Source: a virus (lineage: Duplodnaviria; Caudoviricetes). Taken from it: a stretch of 64,000 bases of DNA. The notes beneath the pieces were generated by a model. That model was not told where the DNA came from. It ran no database searches and worked only from the letters and a program-made list of their open reading frames with translations. The DNA lies in IMG/VR virus record IMGVR_UViG_3300025867_000005; one strand, written 5' to 3'. Made by a program: the position numbers and the translations under genes. Of this stretch, positions 30,726-37,582 are shown piece by piece. How positions within the stretch are numbered: position 1 is the stretch's first letter; every line of letters begins with the position of its first letter.

Positions 30726-30972
30726 TTGCTGCGACTTGTAGCATAAGAATTTCTGGCGTAGCTTAAGCCTTACCCAAACAAAACAGTCCCTATGTCAGGG
30801 ATATGATGTTTGTAAAACAAGGGATAGACCTTGGGTTTAAATTGAAAGGGTGTGGCCACATCTTTTTAAGGAAAACCCAAATAAGGGAACGTGTTTGAAA
30901 TCCCCTTGGGGAAAAAACAACTGCGATGATGCAGTAAGATGATAAGGAAGAAGAGATAGACGGTTTGCATTT

Positions 30973-31047
30973 GACATACTGGTGTAATCTGGTTAGCACG
31001 GCCCTGATAGAGGGGGAGGTCCGGGTTCAAATCCCTAGTGTCGCTAG
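30973..31047 (+). pseudogene. degenerate tRNA
   Basis: D arm TGGTGTAATCTGGTTAGCAC and GGGTTCAAATCCC, but poor anticodon arm and acceptor stem. Confidence 0.5.
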
Positions 31048-31398
31048 ATGCGGGCTGGAACAAGATTGAAATCCTCTGAAGGTACTTATCCGCCAGACCA
31101 ATTTTACCTGCTTCTCAGAAGTTATAGGGTTCTGTTTTGAAACATAAGAATATCAATTTGTTTAGCGGATATCCCTTATGAAAAGGAAGTCTTATGATTC
31201 TGAGGATATTCATTCCCATTTCGTTTATGGAGAGTGCTGGTGAAAGACGCATAGGAAAGGACAATTGGAAGGGATTCACGACTTGCGATATGCCTATGCG
31301 CCTTAAAGTGAATATGCGTTGTCATTCAGTCGGATGTCAATGTGAACTATTTACGGCTCATATCCTTTGGCGGATGCCTTAATCCGTGGAAGGTAAAT

Positions 31399-31472
31399 GG
31401 GGATGTATCTCAATTGGACAGAGTGTGTGGCTTCTAACCACAAGGTTGCGGGTTCGACTCCCGCTTTCCCCA
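31399..31472 (+). tRNA. tRNA-Arg(TCT), no encoded CCA
   Basis: TGTGG-CT-TCT-AA-CCACA. Confidence 0.9.
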
Positions 31473-31473
31473 C

Positions 31474-31543
31474 GGGTGATAAGTTGAAGTACCTTTACGT
31501 GGTTTCACCTATAGAGTCACTTGCGATTCTCGAAATCTTCAAC
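31474..31543 (+). ncRNA. HDV-like (theta) self-cleaving ribozyme
   Basis: P1 GGGTGA/TCACCT (covaries with copy at 27698), identical P2/P3/L3/J4-2. Confidence 0.8.
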
Positions 31544-32190
31544 AAAATGATATCTTGGATAATTTTTAAGAATTTCATAGCTTTCCCTTCTTTAAAGTGT
31601 TGGAAAGTTGAAACATCAATAATACAAAGTTCTATATTTCGTTCGTGACAAGCTTGGCATTTCCTGTTGTCATTGTTTTGAATTTTGGAAAGCTTATCTT
31701 CACCGTAGATAGGTTCGTAATGAAAGATACCATTTAGTTCGAAAGCAAGTTTCAAAGAAGGAATGTAGATATCTAGTTCTGAATTGATAGCGTCCTTCCT
31801 ATTGAAGTGGAATTCAAGATTTGGGTAAAGGATCGGCAACTTCGTTTCCAACCACCTTTCAAGCTTAGATATTTTTGTTCCTTTTGTTTTATGCATGTTA
31901 TTATAGGTTGCTGAACAAGATTGACTGCAAAAATGGTGTTTGGATTTCTTGATGCGCGAAATTTGTATCTTAAATTTTTTACTACATTGTTCGCAGTTGA
32001 TAAAAATTGGAGGATGAACAGATTGACCGAAACAGATAAGAGAACAATATTCAGAAGTTTCACCTTTTTTTGTATTTTGAATCCTGTGTTTTTCTTTGTA
32101 GAAAGTTTTACCGCAATGTTTACATTGTAACGGTAGTAGTTGACGTGATTTAGCTGCTTGGAATTCTTCTTCGGTAAAAAGTGGTATCAT
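31495..32190 (-). CDS. zinc-finger + Vsr-like homing endonuclease
   Basis: CxxC..FCSxSC repeats; ELDIYIPSLKLAFELNGIFHY. Confidence 0.8.
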   Translation of the reverse strand: MIPLFTEEEFQAAKSRQLLPLQCKHCGKTFYKEKHRIQNTKKGETSEYCSLICFGQSVHPPIFINCEQCSKKFKIQISRIKKSKHHFCSQSCSATYNNMHKTKGTKISKLERWLETKLPILYPNLEFHFNRKDAINSELDIYIPSLKLAFELNGIFHYEPIYGEDKLSKIQNNDNRKCQACHERNIELCIIDVSTFQHFKEGKAMKFLKIIQDIILLKISRIASDSIGETT

Positions 32191-32233
32191 AATCTATTCC
32201 TCCTACATATGGAATGAATATCGAAGAACAATT

Positions 32234-32256
32234 TTCGACTCTCGCCTTCCCCACCA
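32234..32256 (+). repeat. displaced duplicate of tRNA-Arg(TCT) 3' end
   Basis: TTCGACTCTCGCCTTCCCCACCA vs TTCGACTCCCGCTTTCCCCA at 31453-31472. Confidence 0.8.
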
Positions 32257-32536
32257 ATAACCGAGAAGGGTCAGCAAACTTCAAAATAATGAAGGCTGGA
32301 AAAAATAGACGGCATAGGACATGGTTCGATTCCCTTAGCCTTGGTAGGATGTCCGGATTGCTGGAACTTATGTGAAATCACCTTCTCGATGCTTTCAAAC
32401 ATCCCCTTTGAGTCAGAAAAATCAGCGGGATGTTTTCAAATAAGCCTTGTGACTTCTACAAATTTATCTGACAAGTTTCTGTTTGTCACAGGGAAGATCG
32501 GAAACTTCCGACACGGGGATGAAAAGCCCCGAATAT

Positions 32537-32613
32537 GCTTGTGTAGCGCAACTGGATAACGCATCTGGCTCTTACCCAGAGGATTGCGGGATCGTTCCCC
32601 GCCACAAGTACCA
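32537..32613 (+). tRNA. tRNA-Lys(CTT)
   Basis: cloverleaf, CCA. Confidence 0.9.
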
Positions 32614-32625
32614 TTTTTTTTAAGA

Positions 32626-32715
32626 GGGGGTTGTTCTTTACGGAGGTCTGTAAAACCTTTGCCGTTATTATGTAAAGCGGTTCGGCAGATAGTTCGACTC
32701 TATCAGCCCCCACCA
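32626..32715 (+). tRNA. tRNA-Tyr(GTA), D-arm-less
   Basis: acceptor, anticodon, long V and T arms, CCA; D arm replaced by 10-nt linker. Confidence 0.75.
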
Positions 32716-32829
32716 ATTTTGCCGAGTTCCTACCTGAAACCTGCCGCTTCAACAACCGGTTACAGAAAACCTTGATTTTCGCACGTCAAGGATTTTGTGA
32801 AGGGAAAGCGTTAGGGAAAACGGTGAATC

Positions 32830-32906
32830 GCCCCTGTAACTCAATTGGCTAGAGGCTCTGACTCGTAATCAGAAAGTTGTCAGATCATACCTGACCGGGG
32901 GCTCCA
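32830..32906 (+). tRNA. tRNA-Thr(CGT)
   Basis: cloverleaf, CCA. Confidence 0.9.
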
Positions 32907-32922
32907 TTTTTAGGATTAACAT

Positions 32923-32993
32923 TGCGAGAGGTTTAAATCACGCCGGACACATGTTCCGGAGTTGTCGGTATCCAATCCGTTTTCCCGCAAACA
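32923..32993 (+). pseudogene. degenerate tRNA(CAT)-like
   Basis: CCGGA-CA-CAT-GT-TCCGG arm, TGCG/CGCA ends, no D arm. Confidence 0.35.
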
Positions 32994-33003
32994 CTTTAGA
33001 ATG

Positions 33004-33078
33004 GGGGGTATAGCTCAATGGCTAGAGCTCCACGCTTACATCGTGGCTATAGGAGTTCGATTCTCTTTACCCCCACCA
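33004..33078 (+). tRNA. tRNA-Val(TAC)
   Basis: cloverleaf, CCA. Confidence 0.92.
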
Positions 33079-33396
33079 TGTTTAAGAATGCTTTAGAATG
33101 GGAGAAAGGTCGGGTAGAAAAGTCCCAAGTCTCACAGCCAATTTCGGTTAGATTCCTATTTGAATGTGCTTTTGAAAAAGTGATTCAGGATATGGATCTT
33201 TCCGACCAGTTTGACAGACAAGAGATGTTGAAAAACACGCCTATGGAATAGACCTACTACGAGAACGGCTATTATGTAGGAAGGAAGAAACCCCGTGAAG
33301 CAACATGGGGATAGTGCCTGGTGGCTTAACCACCATCCCCGTAAAGGGTATAACGTAGATAAGCGGCACCACTTGTTTTTGTCTGTCAGATTTTAT

Positions 33397-33519
33397 GGGG
33401 TCCCTGTTTTCCAAACACTGGTACTGATTAAACACTAATTATCAGGAAACGGCTTGCGGATGGTAACGCAGGTGTTCTACGGAACTAGAGAATGGTGAAA
33501 ATCCGTTCGGTCCCCACCA
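33397..33519 (+). ncRNA. CCA-ended tRNA-like RNA with enlarged D region
   Basis: GGGGTCC/GGTCCCC-A-CCA, T-like arm GAATGG/CCGTTC. Confidence 0.55.
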
Positions 33520-33540
33520 CTTTTAAGGTTTATTTTTCAT

Positions 33541-33615
33541 GCCTGCGTCGTCTACTGGCTAGGACATTAGATTCTCAATCTAATAAAGACGGATCGATAC
33601 CGTTCGCAGGTGCCA
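33541..33615 (+). tRNA. tRNA-Glu(CTC)
   Basis: cloverleaf, CCA. Confidence 0.9.
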
Positions 33616-33646
33616 GAGGGGGAAGATTTTGGTTTTGAAGACGAAT

Positions 33647-33736
33647 GAGAGTTTGGGTGAAATGAATTAGCCAACGGTCTGCAAAACCGTAAAACACAGA
33701 AATGTGATGAGGGTTTAAGTCCCTCAACTCTCTCCA
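33647..33736 (+). tRNA. tRNA-Cys(GCA), long variable arm
   Basis: cloverleaf, U73, CCA. Confidence 0.85.
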
Positions 33737-33746
33737 TTTTTTAGAT

Positions 33747-33821
33747 AGGGATATGATGTAACTAGTAGCATGAAAATCTCCAAAATTTTCTGTCCAGACG
33801 CGAATTCTGGTATCCCTGCCA
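33747..33821 (+). tRNA. tRNA-Trp(CCA)
   Basis: AAAAT-CT-CCA-AA-ATTTT; CCA end. Confidence 0.85.
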
Positions 33822-34113
33822 CACAAAGGAAACTACGACGCGCTACAAACTGAAGCCGAGAAGCCTAAGATGCGCTAAGTACGATCAAGGGGTGAGACGA
33901 TTCTTGATTTGCGCAAGAGATAGAAAAGTCAACGTACCCTAGTTTCCCTGATTTACTAAAAAAAGATTAGCGGAAAACTATCAAGAACCACTTGACACAG
34001 AAGCAGAGGTTTGATACAGTGTTTGTGTTTGAGAAATTCTAGGTGCTGTAAGCAAGTCCTTATTAGGACTGTGAAGCCCGAATAGACCTTTGAAAACTGA
34101 ATGTGATTTAAAT

Positions 34114-34193
34114 GGTGGAATGGCCGGAAACTCTTTTTCGGGGCTCCGATTTAATGGGGCTTAATGTTGGGGAAGATCCAATATCCACTACCA
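34114..34193 (+). ncRNA. degenerate CCA-ended tRNA-like RNA
   Basis: GGTGGA/TCCACT-A-CCA with three internal hairpins. Confidence 0.45.
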
Positions 34194-34230
34194 ATTTATG
34201 TCGATTTATGTTAATTTATGTCGATTTATT
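34194..34230 (+). repeat. 10-nt tandem repeat (~3.7 copies)
   Basis: ATTTATGTCG ATTTATGTTA ATTTATGTCG ATTTATT. Confidence 0.8.
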
Positions 34231-34309
34231 GCGGTAGGGATTAAGGTAAGGTTTACCTAATGAGGCTCATAACCTTGTAACCAGAGATCGTTCCTCTGCG
34301 CCGCATCCA
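34230..34309 (+). tRNA. tRNA-Met(CAT)
   Basis: TGAGG-CT-CAT-AA-CCTTG; CCA. Confidence 0.75.
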
Positions 34310-34316
34310 ATTTTAA

Positions 34317-34349
34317 GTTGTGCTATTCGAATAGCACATGAATTGAAAC
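34317..34349 (+). CRISPR. solitary I-C-like repeat unit 3
   Basis: GTTGTGCTATTCGAATAGCACATGAATTGAAAC. Confidence 0.7.
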
Positions 34350-34362
34350 ATCACGGGACAAT

Positions 34363-35366
34363 GGGAATATGGAATAACGGCTAGTTCACCTCACTTAACC
34401 ATTTCAATAGTTAAATATTCTGCCATTTTGTTTGATAATTATAATCCGTGTAGAGGAGACGTATGATACCACTTTACACCGAAGAAGAATTTAACAAGGC
34501 TAAATCAAGAGATTTACTTCCCAACCAATGTAAAAATTGCGGGAAGATTTTCTTTAGAGAAAAACACAATATAATGTTTTACATTAATAATGGAGGTGGA
34601 GATTTTTGTTCAATTTCTTGTTCTTTTAAATTCAATAACCCACTGATTGAAGTTGTTTGTCATACATGTGGAAAATCATTTAAGAAGAAAAAACTTGATG
34701 CAGATAAAGAAGAACGGCATTTTTGTAGTAGAAGTTGTGCTAATAAATATTCTTCAAATATCAATAAAGAACAAAAGACTTTAAACCAAAAGAAATGGGC
34801 AAATTCAGAAGAAGGAAAAAATTTTTTAACTAAAACAAGCAAATTGGCATGTATTAAAAGTATAGAAATTAGAAAACTTAAATGGAAAATGAATAAATGT
34901 CCGGTTTGTGGTAAAGAGTTTAGGGTAATGTTTAAACATAAGAAATACTGTTCGGCAACTTGTTATAATAAAATATCTGGTGGTATAAAAAGGGGGTCTA
35001 GTAGAGGTAAGCATGGTTGGTATAAGGGATACTGGTGTGATTCTTCTTGGGAACTTGCTTGGGTGATTTACAACCTTGATCATGGGATTAAGTTTGAAAG
35101 GAATCATCAAGGTTTTGAATACGAATTTGAAGGAAAGAAACATAAATACTATCCAGATTTCATTTTAGAAGATGGAACTTACGTTGAAATTAAATCTGTT
35201 ATGGATGAAAAGAACAAAGCTAAAATTGCTTCGTTCCCAACTTCAATTAAAGTTTTACAGCATAAAGAGATTAAAATATTCATAGACCATGCGATTAAAA
35301 TCTATGGTAAAAATTTCATCTCATTATATGAGGAAGGTCTGGGTTCGAATCCCGGTATTCTCGCCA
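34363..35366 (+). tRNA. tRNA (probably Asp) split at the anticodon by an endonuclease gene; halves 34363-34395 and 35327-35366
   Basis: GGGAATA/TATTCTC acceptor, CCTCA/TGAGG anticodon stem, G73, CCA. Confidence 0.75.
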
Positions 35367-35380
35367 ACGCCTTGACATAG
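34463..35380 (+). CDS. zinc-finger + TnsA-like PD-(D/E)xK homing endonuclease
   Basis: CxxC..FCS repeats; CDSSWE, YYPDF..YVEIK. Confidence 0.82.
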   Translation: MIPLYTEEEFNKAKSRDLLPNQCKNCGKIFFREKHNIMFYINNGGGDFCSISCSFKFNNPLIEVVCHTCGKSFKKKKLDADKEERHFCSRSCANKYSSNINKEQKTLNQKKWANSEEGKNFLTKTSKLACIKSIEIRKLKWKMNKCPVCGKEFRVMFKHKKYCSATCYNKISGGIKRGSSRGKHGWYKGYWCDSSWELAWVIYNLDHGIKFERNHQGFEYEFEGKKHKYYPDFILEDGTYVEIKSVMDEKNKAKIASFPTSIKVLQHKEIKIFIDHAIKIYGKNFISLYEEGLGSNPGILANALT

Positions 35381-35445
35381 CTTAAGCGTAAAGCCCCGAC
35401 ATTGTAGTCGGGAGATGAAGCCTAACGAACTTCTGACTCGGCCAA
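35369..35445 (+). pseudogene. degenerate tRNA-Thr(TGT)-like
   Basis: TAGCTTAAGCGTAAAGC D arm, CCCGAC/GTCGGG stem with TGT, poor T arm. Confidence 0.4.
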
Positions 35446-35588
35446 TTTGTCCCATGTCCTGAACAAAGGGATAACAGGACTTAATTACGTTTCTGCTGGC
35501 AGAGCCGATAAAGATCCACCCCGGAAGTGCAGAAAGTAAGGGACAAACTTTTTGATATCAGATTCTATTAATGTAACAAGGGTTTTAT

Positions 35589-36077
35589 ATGTCTAGGAAA
35601 AGAACATGGACTGATGAAGATTTTACTAAGGCGGCTTCTGTTTCTACTTCTGTTCGAGATCTTCTAAAAAAGATAGGATTACATCCAACTGGAGCAAACT
35701 ATAAAACGGTTTGGGCAACTGTCAGGCGTTTAGGAATAAATACCAAACATTGGGTCGGGAGTGGCCATCTTAAAGGTAAAACACATAATTGGTCTAAGTG
35801 TCTACCTTTCGAAGAGATTTTGATAAAAGATTCGCATTATAGAGGTAGTACTTCTCGGTTAAAATCTAGACTAATAAAAAACGGAAAGCTTTTAAATAAG
35901 TGTTATGAATGTGGACAAGAACCTTTATGGAAAGGAAAGATTTTAGTTCACGTTCTTGACCATATTAATGGCGACAATACAGATAATAGAATCGAAAACC
36001 TTAGATTGTTGTGTCCGAATTGTAATAGTCAAACAGAAACTTTTGCTGGGAAGAATAGAAAGTTTGTTCATTGTTAA
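35589..36077 (+). CDS. HNH endonuclease
   Basis: CYEC..LDHINGDNTDNRIENLRLLCPNC. Confidence 0.9.
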   Translation: MSRKRTWTDEDFTKAASVSTSVRDLLKKIGLHPTGANYKTVWATVRRLGINTKHWVGSGHLKGKTHNWSKCLPFEEILIKDSHYRGSTSRLKSRLIKNGKLLNKCYECGQEPLWKGKILVHVLDHINGDNTDNRIENLRLLCPNCNSQTETFAGKNRKFVHC

Positions 36078-36079
36078 TA

Positions 36080-36169
36080 CGTGCCGTATCCCAACTGGCT
36101 GGAGGAGCGGGACTCAAAATCCCGTGGACGGAAGTCCCACTGTGGGTTCGAATCCCACCGGCACGACCA
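36080..36169 (+). tRNA. tRNA-Leu(CAA)
   Basis: cloverleaf, CCA. Confidence 0.9.
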
Positions 36170-36176
36170 TTTTAAA

Positions 36177-36213
36177 CAGGGTGTAGCTCAATCTGGCTAG
36201 AGCGCGTGATTTT
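36177..36213 (+). pseudogene. 5' half of a tRNA (Pro-like)
   Basis: CAGGGTGTAGCTCAATCTGGCTAGAGCGCGTGATT, no 3' half. Confidence 0.55.
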
Positions 36214-36245
36214 TATCATTCCTAAATCTTAAGGGCAGTATTTAT

Positions 36246-36331
36246 CTGTGTGTAGTCCGTAATTTGGTAGCGGGTCGGCTTTGGGAGCCGGAGCGAAAGT
36301 CTTGTAGGTTCAAATCCTATCACACAGACCA
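36246..36331 (+). tRNA. tRNA-Pro(TGG)
   Basis: cloverleaf, extended V, CCA. Confidence 0.88.
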
Positions 36332-36400
36332 CTGTCGGCTATGGATAAGCTTCCTTCTATACTTTTATGGAAAAACCAGCTTTCCGCTTTCCGACACTTT

Positions 36401-36477
36401 CGAGGTATATTTCAATTGGTTAGAAGAACGGTCTCATAATCCGTTAGTTGAAGGTTCGACTCCTTCTACCTCGACCA
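36401..36477 (+). tRNA. tRNA-Met/Ile2(CAT)
   Basis: cloverleaf, CCA. Confidence 0.88.
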
Positions 36478-36543
36478 ATTTTCACTTCAACTTAGTAACG
36501 CCAAAAGAAGAAATGTACGGCTTCTTGAGAAGAAGTGAATTAT

Positions 36544-36620
36544 GCTCCTGTGGCGCAATTGGCAGTCGCGTCTGGCTAAGGACCAGATTGTTGGGGATTC
36601 GAATTCCTCCAGGAGCACCA
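36544..36620 (+). tRNA. tRNA-Leu(AAG), short variable arm
   Basis: TCTGG-CT-AAG-GA-CCAGA; CCA. Confidence 0.85.
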
Positions 36621-36745
36621 TTTTTATTACAGGTAGTGAGAAATAGGAATCTCCATAAACCAATGAATAATTTTTCAAGACCTGTTGACGGAAGTAATCC
36701 GTTGTGGTATTTTATCTTTATCGAAAGCAAGAAAGGGATAAAACC

Positions 36746-37147
36746 ATGACAGTTAAACAGCTAGTTAGTCGTTTCAAAAAGATCAAGAAACTTGATTTGT
36801 CGAAGATTGCTTTTGAACAGCACACAAAGAGTGAGCTCGATGTATGTTTCGTTATTGACGGAAGCATTAAACGTCTGAGGATTTTCTATGTTGGTGAATA
36901 TCAGTTTGATTGGTGGAAACCACAATTCGAAGAATTTGTGAAGACGGGTAAATTTGATTTTTCAACGTATCACGAAATCTATGGAAATGGGACTCACCCA
37001 TCAGATGTCGGTGTCGCGATTCGGGTTCCGATGATTCTTGAAAACGGTGTTTATGTTGAAGATTCGAAGAAAACGTTGGAATTGGTTGGTGAATATCGCA
37101 GAACGATTAACTATGAAGTCGGTATTCGTCGCATCGCAAAAAAGTAA
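36746..37147 (+). CDS. hypothetical protein
   Basis: promoter cassette plus RBS. Confidence 0.7.
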   Translation: MTVKQLVSRFKKIKKLDLSKIAFEQHTKSELDVCFVIDGSIKRLRIFYVGEYQFDWWKPQFEEFVKTGKFDFSTYHEIYGNGTHPSDVGVAIRVPMILENGVYVEDSKKTLELVGEYRRTINYEVGIRRIAKK

Positions 37148-37235
37148 AGAGAAACCTTGTGATAGCGGTTTCTGGAAACGTGGTCGTAGCCTAATTGGAT
37201 AGGCAACAGCTTGTTCTTTGAAAAGTTAATTTTAT

Positions 37236-37310
37236 GGGGGTATACTATAATGGCTATTACGCCACACCTGCACTGTGGCAATCTCGGTTCGATTCCGAGT
37301 ACCTCCACCA
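37236..37310 (+). tRNA. tRNA-Ala(TGC)
   Basis: G3:U70, CCA. Confidence 0.9.
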
Positions 37311-37338
37311 GTTTGGTTAACCCGTAAGGGTTTGTGAA

Positions 37339-37370
37339 GTTGCGCCATTTACGGGCGCATGAATTGAAAC
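37339..37370 (+). CRISPR. solitary I-C-like repeat unit 4
   Basis: GTTGCGCCATTTACGGGCGCATGAATTGAAAC, 32 nt. Confidence 0.75.
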
Positions 37371-37412
37371 ACGCGGCTCCATTCCTCTGTTACACTACGC
37401 GTATACACTAAT

Positions 37413-37488
37413 GTCCCTGTAGCTCAATTGGAAGAGCGTTACACTACGAATGTAAAGGTTGCAGTTTCGAATACTGTCAGGGATGCCA
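37413..37488 (+). tRNA. tRNA-Arg(ACG)
   Basis: cloverleaf, CCA. Confidence 0.9.
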
Positions 37489-37493
37489 AAAAG

Positions 37494-37582
37494 GGAAGAC
37501 GAATCAGTAAGGTTGCTGACACTGTTTGCTAAACAGATGGCTCCCTAAAAAGAGTGAGAATCGTGTTCTCCGTCTTCCGCCA
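37494..37582 (+). tRNA. tRNA-Ser(GCT)
   Basis: cloverleaf, G73, CCA. Confidence 0.85.

Noticed and set aside
27473-33826. Short ORFs predicted across the tRNA region (e.g. 27516, 29194, 30449, 33018)
   Set aside because: They overlap tRNAs or structured RNAs and lack an RBS
34396-35326. Group I intron in the tRNA anticodon loop
   Set aside because: The ORF fills nearly the whole insert; no P7 core or terminal G is visible
27893-37370. Conventional CRISPR array
   Set aside because: The repeats are 1.7-4.6 kb apart, non-identical and have no cas genes in the window, so they are treated as solitary units
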